The translations under genes were made by a program, and so were the position numbers. A DNA stretch of 64,000 nucleotides, taken from Polyangiaceae bacterium. GTDB taxonomy: Bacteria; Myxococcota_A; Polyangia; Polyangiales; Polyangiaceae. Below, piece by piece: positions 20,191 to 29,113 of the stretch (position 1 is its first letter; every line of letters starts with the position of its first letter). The DNA lies in NCBI GenBank assembly GCA_044376115.1, contig JBILLK010000030.1:32001-96000 (forward strand), in the 5' to 3' direction. Under the pieces are notes generated by a model, which saw only the letters and a list, made by a program, of their open reading frames with translations, did no database searches and was not told the origin of the DNA.

Positions 20191-21825
20191 ATGCGGCACT
20201 GGCTAGCTGGTTCTTTGGTGTCCTTGTTCGCAGTCGCTGGCTGCGGAGATGATTCTTCCAGCGGTGGCGCTGGTGGGGAAGGTGGTGCTGGCGGAGCTCC
20301 GGTGGAGGAGCAAATCGTGCCGGCCCCGGGTGGGCTGCGCAAGCTGACTTCGCGCCAGTACGTCGCCTCGATCCGGGTCATCTTTGGGGACGCGGCAGCG
20401 GCTGCTGCCACCCCGCCGATCGATCAGGCGTCGTTCGGGTTGGAGGCCATCGCGGCCTCGGATCTGGCGCTCTCGGCGGCCCAGGTTGAAATGTATGAGC
20501 AGTCGGCGCTGCGCGTCGCGGATGCGGTTGTGTCCGACCCAACGGCCAAAGCTGCGGCTGTCCCGTGTACCCCGGTTTCTACCGCAGACGAGGCTTGCTT
20601 CACCAACGTCGCTGAGCGCGCTGGGCGATTGGCCTTTCGTCGGCCAGTCACGGATCAAGAGCTAGGCGAGCTGGTTGCGGCCGGCGTTGCCGGTGCCAAC
20701 GCCTACGATTCCTTCGACGCGGGCGTGGCTTCGCTGCTCGCATTGGTGCTGCAGAGCCCCGACTTCCTGTATCAGGTCGAGCTCGGCGAGCCGGATCCTG
20801 AGAACGCGTCACGGCGCCGCTTGTTGCCGTGGGAGCTAGCCTCGCGCCTTTCGTTCTTCTTGCTCGGGCAGACGCCGGATGAGGAGCTTTTGGATCTGGC
20901 CGAGGCGGGGGAGCTGAGCACCGAGGTGCAGCTGCGCGAGCTCGCGATGCAACTCGTGACCAAGCCTCGAGCGAAGGAGGCCTTGAGCGATTTCTACTCC
21001 GAGATCTTCGAGTTGCGGGGCACGCTGGCCATTCAAAAAGACCCAGCGCTGTTTCCGCTTTTCACCGACGACACGCGCCTCGCGATCGCCGAGGAGACCA
21101 AGCTCTTCCTCGAGGAACTCGTGTGGACGCAAGATACGAACGCGCTCTCGATCTACGACGCGCCGTTCACCTTCGTGAACGAAGACAACGCTTGGATCTA
21201 CGGTCTGAGCGTGACGGGCAAGGCCTTCCAGAAGGTCAACGTCAGCGGCCGTTCGGGGGTGCTCACGCAGCCGAGCTTCTTGGCTGGGCACGCCCACCCC
21301 GGAGAGACCTCGCCTACTCGGCGCGGCAAGTTCCTGATTCAGAGCATGCTTTGTCAGACGATCCCTCCTCCTCCTCCCGACGTGATTCCCACCTTGCCCC
21401 CCGTCGAGGGTGGTCACAAAACCATGCGTCAGCGACTATCCGAGGTGCTCACCGAAGACAGCTGCAAGACCTGCCACAACCGCATGGATCCGCCTGGTTT
21501 GGCGCTCGAACATTTCGACTCGGTGGGCGCCTATCGTGAGACCGATCAAGGGTTGCCGCTCGATGTTTCAGGCGAGTCCGTCGGTCTGGGCGCCTTCGAC
21601 GGCGCCGTAGAGCTCGGCACCTCGGTGCGTGCTTACGAAGGGGCCGCGGGATGCATGGTGCGGCAGCTGTACCGTCAGTCGATGGGGCACCTCGAATACA
21701 AGGGTGAAGAGCCGGCAATCGAGGCCATTACGGCGGCCTTCGGTGAGCAGGACAACCGCGTGCAAGCATTGCTGGTCGAGATCGCCGTGAGTCCCGCATT
21801 CCGCCTCGTTGGCGAGCCGAAGTGA
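20191..21825 (+). CDS. DUF1592-family (DUF1587/1595/1592/1588/1585) lipoprotein with CxxCH
   Basis: Lipobox AVAGC; LRKLTSRQY, AFRRPV, LQSPDFLY, ELASRLSFFL, TSPTRRG, CKTCHNRMDPPGLALEHFD. Confidence 0.9.
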   Translation: MRHWLAGSLVSLFAVAGCGDDSSSGGAGGEGGAGGAPVEEQIVPAPGGLRKLTSRQYVASIRVIFGDAAAAAATPPIDQASFGLEAIAASDLALSAAQVEMYEQSALRVADAVVSDPTAKAAAVPCTPVSTADEACFTNVAERAGRLAFRRPVTDQELGELVAAGVAGANAYDSFDAGVASLLALVLQSPDFLYQVELGEPDPENASRRRLLPWELASRLSFFLLGQTPDEELLDLAEAGELSTEVQLRELAMQLVTKPRAKEALSDFYSEIFELRGTLAIQKDPALFPLFTDDTRLAIAEETKLFLEELVWTQDTNALSIYDAPFTFVNEDNAWIYGLSVTGKAFQKVNVSGRSGVLTQPSFLAGHAHPGETSPTRRGKFLIQSMLCQTIPPPPPDVIPTLPPVEGGHKTMRQRLSEVLTEDSCKTCHNRMDPPGLALEHFDSVGAYRETDQGLPLDVSGESVGLGAFDGAVELGTSVRAYEGAAGCMVRQLYRQSMGHLEYKGEEPAIEAITAAFGEQDNRVQALLVEIAVSPAFRLVGEPK

Positions 21826-21835
21826 GGAGCTGAAA

Positions 21836-23230
21836 ATGAAGACGCTCAATCGAAGAACGATGTTGCGTGGCATGGCCTTCGGATCGGCCGTGGTGGTGGG
21901 CTTGCCGTTGCTCGAGATCATGGAGCAGCCGAAGCAGGCGAGCGCAGCCGGCAAGCCGGTGCGCCTCGTGACTTGGTTTTGGGGCAACGGCGTCAATCGC
22001 GCTCGTTGGATTCCAGGCGGCGCCACCACCCCGGTGACCGGCCCGGCGTATCCCTTGCCGGACCACCTCACGCACTTCGCCGATCTGCAGGATTACCTGA
22101 CGGTACCCACCGGTTACCGCAACAACTGCGCGCAGAAGATCACCCACCATGAGGGCATGTCGCTGTTCAGCGGCTTCACCTTCAACAACACCTGCTTTCC
22201 GGGCCAGGAGTGTCAGGGCTTCTTCTCCAACGCTGGCGGCCCAACCATCGATCAGGTCGCGGCCGATGTCATCGGCGTGGAAACCCCGGTCAAGAGCCTG
22301 CAGCTCGGCGTCTCCAAGCGCATCAGCGGCGCGGACTTCGGCACCACGATGCACGCTCTCTCGCACCGCGGACCGCAAGAGCCACTCTTCCCCGAACGCA
22401 ACCCAGTGCTCGCTTACGATCGTCTGTTCGGTAACTTCACGCCGCCCGAGGACCCGTCCAAGCCGGTGCGCCTCTCTGCGTTGAACGCCGTGCACGAGCA
22501 AGCCAAGCGTCTGCAAGCGCGGGTCGGAACGCGGGACAAGCAACGTCTCGAGGCCCACCTCGATGGGCTCAGCGAGCTCGAAGCGAAGATCAACACCCTC
22601 CCTCCCCAGTGTGAACCGCCGCCTTCACCCACCAACACCAACGCCGACGTGCAAGGGGTCGAGCAGCTGCAGATCGTGAACGAGATCATGAGCGACCTCG
22701 TGGCGTACTCCTTCACCTGCGACGTGACTCGCGTGGTCAGCATCCTCTTCCACGAGGGAGCCAGCGACACGGTATTCCCAGGGACTGGCAACAGCGGTCA
22801 CCACAACTATTCCCACGGCTTCAGCGTCAGCAATGGCCAGGAGGTCGACCAGGGCGGCCTGGTTGGCTTCAACGCCGGCATGCACTTCACCATGTCCTCC
22901 TTTGCGTACTTCCTCCGCAAGCTCAAGGACACTCCCGACGGCGTGAACGGCAACCTGCTCGACAACGTCGCCGTGCTCGCAGGCAGCGACTGTATGGACG
23001 GCATCAGTCACGACTTCGACTCGGAGCAAAACCTCGCTTGCTTGATCGCAGGTCGCGCAGGCGGACGCTTGCTGCACCCCGGCATCCATCTGCTCGAGAA
23101 TCAGCGCAACATCACGGATCTGACGCTGACCGTGCTCAAGGCGGTGGTGCCCGAGGTCAACTCGATCGGCAACGTGGGCTCCGATCCCGCCGCGTCCAAC
23201 ACCGTGGTGGACACGCTGCTCGTCGGCTGA
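21836..23230 (+). CDS. DUF1552 (HXXSHH) protein, Tat-exported
   Basis: LNRRTMLRG, GLPLLEIM, PTIDQ, SLQLGV, DKQRLEAHL, CDVTRV, GHHNYSH, GNLLDN. RBS gaggag. Confidence 0.9.
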   Translation: MKTLNRRTMLRGMAFGSAVVVGLPLLEIMEQPKQASAAGKPVRLVTWFWGNGVNRARWIPGGATTPVTGPAYPLPDHLTHFADLQDYLTVPTGYRNNCAQKITHHEGMSLFSGFTFNNTCFPGQECQGFFSNAGGPTIDQVAADVIGVETPVKSLQLGVSKRISGADFGTTMHALSHRGPQEPLFPERNPVLAYDRLFGNFTPPEDPSKPVRLSALNAVHEQAKRLQARVGTRDKQRLEAHLDGLSELEAKINTLPPQCEPPPSPTNTNADVQGVEQLQIVNEIMSDLVAYSFTCDVTRVVSILFHEGASDTVFPGTGNSGHHNYSHGFSVSNGQEVDQGGLVGFNAGMHFTMSSFAYFLRKLKDTPDGVNGNLLDNVAVLAGSDCMDGISHDFDSEQNLACLIAGRAGGRLLHPGIHLLENQRNITDLTLTVLKAVVPEVNSIGNVGSDPAASNTVVDTLLVG

Positions 23231-23268
23231 CGCCCAGCTCGGCTGAAGCCCAGCAACGTTCACGAGCC

Positions 23269-23297
23269 GCGCGCGCCCTCCTAGGTTGGGCGCGCGC
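23269..23297. terminator. GC-rich hairpin between convergent genes
   Basis: gcgcgcgccc-N9-gggcgcgcgc; only a weak U-tract. Confidence 0.45.
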
Positions 23298-23346
23298 CGT
23301 CGTTTGTGCGTTCGAAACGCAGTGAACGACGCCGAAGCTTGCTCGC

Positions 23347-24081
23347 TCAGCCCTCGAGCCCGACCACGGCTTCGCGTCCGAGCCGTTCGATGAAGGCCTC
23401 GCGCGCGGCCTCACATTGCGCGCGTTGCGTCCCATCGAAGGTGAGCTTGGTGCGAACCACTGGATCGCGGAAGGTTGGGTACGAGCCGATCTCCACCTCG
23501 GGGAACTGCTCGACGGTCTCGTCCAACGCCGGTTTCAGCGTTCCCTCGTCCACGTTGACGTTGACCGCGACCGTGATGAAGGGATGCGCCGGCTCGACCA
23601 CGTTGGCGACTAGCTTCATCTTCATCGCGAAGATCTCCGGGACGCCGGGAAGCAGCATCACGTTCTCACAAACCACCGCGGGCCAAGGCACCACCTCGGA
23701 GCGAACCAGCCGTGCGCGCTCGGGCACGCGCGCCATCAGCAGGTGGCCATCGCGCAGCGATTCGCCGTAGACGCCCTCGATCATCGTGGCCAGCTCCGGG
23801 TGCACCATCACCTGTTGATCGAAGGCGCGCGCCACTGCCTCGACGGTGACGTCATCGTGCGTAGGCCCAACGCCTCCGCTAGTGAAAACCCAGCTATGCG
23901 TCCCGGCCAACGCGCGCACCTCCGCTGCGATCAGCTCAACGTCATCCGGCACCATGCTCACCCGCGCGAGCCGCACTCCCAGCTCACGCAAGGTCTTTGC
24001 CAGGACCACCAGATTCTTGTCGGCGATCTTCCCAGAGAGGAGCTCATTGCCAATCAGGATGGCTGCGGCGGTCGCGGTCAT
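23347..24081 (-). CDS. CinA-like molybdopterin-binding domain protein (competence/damage-inducible A N-terminal family)
   Basis: IGNELLSGKIADKN, TSGGVGPTHDDVT, LPGVPE, IGSYP. Confidence 0.9.
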   Translation of the reverse strand: MTATAAAILIGNELLSGKIADKNLVVLAKTLRELGVRLARVSMVPDDVELIAAEVRALAGTHSWVFTSGGVGPTHDDVTVEAVARAFDQQVMVHPELATMIEGVYGESLRDGHLLMARVPERARLVRSEVVPWPAVVCENVMLLPGVPEIFAMKMKLVANVVEPAHPFITVAVNVNVDEGTLKPALDETVEQFPEVEIGSYPTFRDPVVRTKLTFDGTQRAQCEAAREAFIERLGREAVVGLEG

Positions 24082-24341
24082 GGCGCCAAATCCTTGGTCA
24101 CTGGACGACCGTCGGTGTCGTAGCCGAGCAGCTCTTCCACCTTGCGTTCGGCCTGTTCAATTTTGGCGTGGGCGAGCCGTGCGAGTTTGACGCCCTCTTC
24201 GAACAGCAGCAGCGACTGCTCGAGCGGAAGCTCACCCGCTTCGAGCGCCTCGACGATCTCAGCCAAGCGTCGGGTGCTCTCTTCGAAGGTTGCGTTTGGT
24301 GAAGCCGGATGCTCGAGGACTTCGCTCGGGTCTCGACCCAT
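24078..24341 (-). CDS. xseB: Exodeoxyribonuclease VII small subunit
   Basis: TFEESTRRLAEIVEALEAGELPLEQSLLLFEEGVKL...AERKVEELL. Confidence 0.93.
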   Translation of the reverse strand: MGRDPSEVLEHPASPNATFEESTRRLAEIVEALEAGELPLEQSLLLFEEGVKLARLAHAKIEQAERKVEELLGYDTDGRPVTKDLAP

Positions 24342-26564
24342 TCAGCGAGGCTCCACCGGCTTGGCCTGGGCTGCAAGCCTCACGGTTGAGCGCCCGAAAG
24401 GCACACCTGGAAGCAGCAGCGCGCCATCGACGCTGCTTACGACTGGCAGCGCAATTCCGGAGGGCAACAGCAGTGAAAGACCGACGGCACCCTGATTTCC
24501 AGCGACCGAAATCTGCGTCAGCGCAGCTAGCCCCGGCTCCATACCGATGAAGTTGAACAGCGGCGCGTGCTGCGCGGTCGAGCGCGCGAGCGCGCGCACG
24601 CGGCTGTCGGGATCGAGCGTGGCAGCTAGCCGAAGCACCGACTTGCCCTGAACCTCCTTGCGAGCTCGCAACGCGGTCACGATCGCCGCTCGAACCATCG
24701 GCTCTTCCTCGCTGCGATAGGCTTGGGCCAGCCACGAAGTGGCCGCCTTGACCTGGCAGTCGCGCAACCCGAAGGCCACGCTCGCGCGAATCGAAGGATC
24801 CCCGCTGGTCAAGAGCGCGCGCAGCCGCTCACGCTCCGCCTCGCCGATGCGCGCACCGAGCGCGCTGGCTGCGAGCGAGGCCAGCGCTCCGCCGTTCTCG
24901 GCCAGGCGAAAAAGCGTGAGCAGCGGCACCTCAGCGCCGCCCTCGAGCAGCGCGACGCCAGCGGCCAAATGTCGAAGCGACGGCGCTTCCGGATCCACCG
25001 AGGCAAACAGCTGAGCCAGCGCCGTGCGATCCTCTGGCCCGCTCACCAAGGCGCCACGCGCCGCACCGAAGAGCGCTGCGTCGGCGGCTTGCGTGACCAG
25101 CACCTCCTTCAGCGGATGAAGCTTCAACGCCACGAGCCCCAACGCGCCGAGTTCAATGTCCTCGGGGTACTTCGAGCGAAGCGCGCTTTCGAGCAAGGCC
25201 GGCAAGCCGTCCGCAGCTTCACCGCGCGCGATGCTTTGCATCACCGCGGCTCGCAACCAAGCGCGCCCCTCGGCGTCGAAGGTCGCTGCGTCTTTCAACC
25301 GCGCGAGCGCCGCTTCGATCGCCTGTTCGGCCTCCGGCTTGGCCGAGGTGCCGAGGGCGGTGATGGCCGCCGGCCCAACCACCGGATCGAGTACGGCCTT
25401 CGTCACTGGCTCGAAGCATCCGCAACGCGCGAACGCCATCGTGCGGCGCACTTGTTCGCCCTGCGTGAGGTCCTTCAGCTCCGCGAGGCTCTTGCATAGG
25501 CTCGGCGAGCCCACGTTGCCGGCGAGCTCGAGCGCGCGGCTGCGCACCTCCGCGTGCGATAGCGCCGCTTTGACGAAGCGCGCCGCCTCTGCGTCGCCCG
25601 CGAGGTCGAGCGCTTCCCCAGCGGCTAGCACGAGGCGCGGATCCGACGTTTCCTCCCAGCCGCGAATGACGTTGAGCGAGATCCCGTCTCCCAGCTTGGC
25701 CAGCGCGATCGCCGCCGCTGCTCGTTGCGCGCGATCCGTGCGGTCCAACTCCAGACGTAGCGCTGGGATGCTGCGGACGTCACCCAGATCGCCAAGAAAC
25801 GAAACCACCGTCGGGTTGAGCGAGCGCGAGGTGGGACCGAGCTCGAGGTTGCATTCATCACCCTCGCAGCTCGGCTCTGCATCGAGCGCGGGCTTCGTCG
25901 ATTTCTCGGGCTTCAACGGCTTGTCGGCCTTTGCCGTGAGCATGACCGTGGCGGGCGGCTTGCTCGGCTCGAACTCGTTCTCCTCGAACAGTAAGCCCGT
26001 CAGCCGTCGCGGCGGGTAGGCGAGCAGCGCCATCCGCGCCGGATCTCCCGCAGCCCCGCGAAGCAGTGCGGCGGAGATCAGCAACCGCAGCGCGGGCTCG
26101 TCTCCGCGCGCGGCGAGGGCAAGCGCCGCGGTTTCACGGACCATCGTCGACAGCGAGTTGGTGGTGTCGCGTTTACCGCCGGCATCGAGCATCTCACGCG
26201 CCAAATACGCGCGAACTTCCTCGCGTTCGGCGAAGGCAGCCAGGCCGCGCACCAAGCGCAACCGCCCGGCGCTGTCTCGCGAGAGCGGGCTGCCAGACTC
26301 GAGCGCCTCGAGCAGTGCGTTGATCGCTTCCGGCGTTCCAACCGTGACCAAACGGTCAACCGCACGATGCCGTTCTCTCGCGTTCAGTGAGAACAGACCG
26401 GCGCGCCCCTCTTCCAGCCCGAACTGCTCTGAGAGCGCTCCGGGGGCCCTCGTTGGGGTCTCGGCCGCGAGCAGCTGGGCCTGGGCCTCGGCCGTTGGAA
26501 GCGCCAGGAACAGCGCGTAGCTCGCCGCTCGAAGCGACTTCCAGCTTGGCCTCCCGCTCCGCAT
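24342..26564 (-). CDS. Exported HEAT-repeat protein
   Basis: Signal peptide AEAQA; repeated VRETAALALA / RAAAAIALAKLGD / IRASVAFGL HEAT-like units. Start set at ATG 26564. Confidence 0.75.
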   Translation of the reverse strand: MRSGRPSWKSLRAASYALFLALPTAEAQAQLLAAETPTRAPGALSEQFGLEEGRAGLFSLNARERHRAVDRLVTVGTPEAINALLEALESGSPLSRDSAGRLRLVRGLAAFAEREEVRAYLAREMLDAGGKRDTTNSLSTMVRETAALALAARGDEPALRLLISAALLRGAAGDPARMALLAYPPRRLTGLLFEENEFEPSKPPATVMLTAKADKPLKPEKSTKPALDAEPSCEGDECNLELGPTSRSLNPTVVSFLGDLGDVRSIPALRLELDRTDRAQRAAAAIALAKLGDGISLNVIRGWEETSDPRLVLAAGEALDLAGDAEAARFVKAALSHAEVRSRALELAGNVGSPSLCKSLAELKDLTQGEQVRRTMAFARCGCFEPVTKAVLDPVVGPAAITALGTSAKPEAEQAIEAALARLKDAATFDAEGRAWLRAAVMQSIARGEAADGLPALLESALRSKYPEDIELGALGLVALKLHPLKEVLVTQAADAALFGAARGALVSGPEDRTALAQLFASVDPEAPSLRHLAAGVALLEGGAEVPLLTLFRLAENGGALASLAASALGARIGEAERERLRALLTSGDPSIRASVAFGLRDCQVKAATSWLAQAYRSEEEPMVRAAIVTALRARKEVQGKSVLRLAATLDPDSRVRALARSTAQHAPLFNFIGMEPGLAALTQISVAGNQGAVGLSLLLPSGIALPVVSSVDGALLLPGVPFGRSTVRLAAQAKPVEPR

Positions 26565-26687
26565 GCCTACGACCTCTACCGTGCTCCCGCAGTCCCGTCG
26601 AGGAGCGAGCGCTGGCGAACGAAGATCGCAGAAAGGAAGCACAATTCTGGCTCCCCGGCAGCGCCTGAGTCCGCTAGGTTGCGCCGC

Positions 26688-28580
26688 ATGATGCTGCCGA
26701 AAATTGCGGAACGTATGGTCACATATGCCGCGAAGGGCGTGTGGTCGGCGCTTCAGCTCGCGAATGAGTATTCGAGCGAGCCGGCGCCTTTCCACCCGAA
26801 GTGGAGCGATAAACCCATCCCTCGCGGCTCCGCGAGGACCAAGCCGCCGCTCGGTTGGCCGCGGCACACCGACAGCTTGTGCCCCGTGTGCGTGAAGGAA
26901 GCGCGCACCGCCATCCTGCGCGGAGATGAGGACATCGCCCATCTCATCCACGACAAGCCGGGCGAGATCCGCGCGCTGATTCACGAGAAAGACGGCAAGC
27001 TCGTGATGGAGAAGACCTGCCCGCAGCACGGTCACTTCGAAGACGTGATGGCCATCGACACGAAGTTCTTCGAGCGACTCGAGAGCCTATTTCCCGGGCG
27101 GGACGTGACGATCGCGGCGGACGCGCTGCATGACCACGGCTCCAGCTCGATCAAATACGGCCGCGGCGGCGTGCTCACGGTGGACCTCACCAACCGCTGC
27201 AACATGATGTGCGACCCGTGCTTCATGGACGCCAATCAGGTCGGTTACGTGCACGAGTTGAGCTGGGAGGAGATCCAGAAGATCCTCGATGACGCGATCA
27301 GCGTGAAGCCGCGTCGTCAGATGTCGATTCAGTTCTCAGGCGGTGAGCCGACGCTGAGCCCGCACTTCCTCGACGCCATCCGTTATGCGCGCAAGCTCGG
27401 CTACTTCGCCGTGCAATGCGCTAGCAACGGGCTGCGTTTTGCCGAGGAGCCCGGCTTCGCCGCGCAGGCGAAAGAGGCTGGTTTGCGCATGGTGTACCTG
27501 CAGTTCGACGGCGTGACCAACGAGGCCAACTCGCACCGCAAGATCAAGAACCTGTACGACGTGAAGCTGCGCGCGATCGAAGAGTGCGCCAAAGTCGGGA
27601 TCGACGTGATCTTGGTGGTGACGATCGTCAACGGCGTCAACGACGATCAGGTCGGGCCGATCGTCCAGTTCGCGGTGGATAACGCCGACAAGATCACGGT
27701 GGTGAGCTTTCAGCCGGTGAGCTTCACCGGCCGGGATGAAGACGTCGACACCGAGACGCGGATGAAGCAGCGCTACACGCTCAGCCACCTCGCGCATGAC
27801 GTGGCTACGCAGGCCAAGGTCACCCAGCCAATGCGCGATTGGTTCCCGCTATCAGCGCTCTCGCCCTTCGGTGACGTGTGCGACCTGATGGACGGCCCGG
27901 ACCGCGCCTTCGGCCAGCTCAAGTGCGGCTGTCACCCCAACTGCGGCATCGGCACCGTGCTGTTCGTCAACAAGCGCACCAAGCAGATGGTGCCGCTCGT
28001 GGAGTTCCTCAACCTCGAGGGCATCCTCCAAGACATGCGCGCCATCTTCGATGCGGGCCGTAGCAAGCAGCTAACCGTGGCCCAGTTGGTGGCCTCGGTG
28101 TTGCGGCACTACAACGCCGACAAGGCGCCCCCGGGCTTCACGGTCGAGACGCTGATCAAGCAGTTCATGAGCCAGATGGGCGCACGCCACAAAGAGAATG
28201 ACGCCGGCGAGTTCGAGTGGCGCGTGCTTTTCGTCGCGGGCATGTGGTTCCAAGATCTCTTCAACTACGACTTCCGCCGCACCGAGATGTGCATCATCCC
28301 GTACGGCACGCAGCTCGGGGAGATCTCCTTCTGCGCCTACAACACAGGCGCGGGTTGGCGGAACGTGATCGAGAAGATGAAGGCCAACGCGACGGTGGCT
28401 GAGTGGTACGCCCGCTACGGCAGGCACCCGGTTCACGCCAAAGACCGTGACCTGCCGCTGCCCGAGTTCGACAACCCGATCACGGTGAAAGAGCATGAAC
28501 TCGCGCTCAAAGAGCGCGCAGCTCCCGCGCCCCCGCCCAAGCGCAAGAAGCTCAAACACCTGCCGGTGATTGCATCGTAG
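26688..28580 (+). CDS. Radical SAM protein, MJ0619/Tes (tetraether synthase-like) family
   Basis: SLCPVC...KTCPQHG rubredoxin-like site; DLTNRCNMMCDPCF; QFSGGEPT; YLQFDG; GVND; FQPVSFTGR; HPNCG; MWFQD..NYD.RR..MCII...FCAYN. Confidence 0.85.
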   Translation: MMLPKIAERMVTYAAKGVWSALQLANEYSSEPAPFHPKWSDKPIPRGSARTKPPLGWPRHTDSLCPVCVKEARTAILRGDEDIAHLIHDKPGEIRALIHEKDGKLVMEKTCPQHGHFEDVMAIDTKFFERLESLFPGRDVTIAADALHDHGSSSIKYGRGGVLTVDLTNRCNMMCDPCFMDANQVGYVHELSWEEIQKILDDAISVKPRRQMSIQFSGGEPTLSPHFLDAIRYARKLGYFAVQCASNGLRFAEEPGFAAQAKEAGLRMVYLQFDGVTNEANSHRKIKNLYDVKLRAIEECAKVGIDVILVVTIVNGVNDDQVGPIVQFAVDNADKITVVSFQPVSFTGRDEDVDTETRMKQRYTLSHLAHDVATQAKVTQPMRDWFPLSALSPFGDVCDLMDGPDRAFGQLKCGCHPNCGIGTVLFVNKRTKQMVPLVEFLNLEGILQDMRAIFDAGRSKQLTVAQLVASVLRHYNADKAPPGFTVETLIKQFMSQMGARHKENDAGEFEWRVLFVAGMWFQDLFNYDFRRTEMCIIPYGTQLGEISFCAYNTGAGWRNVIEKMKANATVAEWYARYGRHPVHAKDRDLPLPEFDNPITVKEHELALKERAAPAPPPKRKKLKHLPVIAS

Positions 28581-28600
28581 CCAGCGTGCTTCTCCGCTGA

Positions 28601-29101
28601 ATGATCGCGACCGTGGGGGCGGCTTGGAAATGGCTGGTGGTTGCGGCGCTGTCCGCGACCCCAGCCCTTTTAGCGGGGCAAGCCGCTGGCGTCGCGGTTG
28701 GGCTTTATTGGGAATTGCCGCTACCAGGCATTCTGGTCACGGCGGCGGTCAGCGGTTTCCTCGAGGCGTTAGCGGTCATTCGGCTGGCGCAGTGGGGCGA
28801 AACACGCCCGCGCATCGCACGCTGGCTCGAGCATCGGCGCACCCCGCGCGCGCTTTCTTGGGCTCAGCGGTTTGGACCGTGGGGAGGGCTGCTCTTAGGC
28901 GGGGCGACGGTGGGTCAAGAGCCGATCATCTTCGCGCTGATCTGGCTGCGGGTGGAGCCGCGCCGCTTGCTCCTGCCGCTGGCCTTCGCCAATGCGCTCT
29001 ATACCGCGGTTGGTTATTACCTAGTAAAAGCCGGCTGGGCCGAGTTCGCCACGTTGGCTCAGCTTTGGGAGGACCTCAAGCTGCTGTGGTCGCTCGAGTA
29101 A
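28601..29101 (+). CDS. Small multi-pass membrane protein (small multidrug export / DedA-like)
   Basis: Four hydrophobic segments; RRTPRALSWAQRFGPWGGLLLG. Starts 20 bp after the radical SAM gene. Confidence 0.6.
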   Translation: MIATVGAAWKWLVVAALSATPALLAGQAAGVAVGLYWELPLPGILVTAAVSGFLEALAVIRLAQWGETRPRIARWLEHRRTPRALSWAQRFGPWGGLLLGGATVGQEPIIFALIWLRVEPRRLLLPLAFANALYTAVGYYLVKAGWAEFATLAQLWEDLKLLWSLE

Positions 29102-29113
29102 TTGCTGCTCCTA

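Noticed and set aside
26565..27035. N-terminal extension of the 897-aa minus ORF
   Set aside because: Overlaps the radical SAM gene on the opposite strand; the signal peptide begins at ATG 26564
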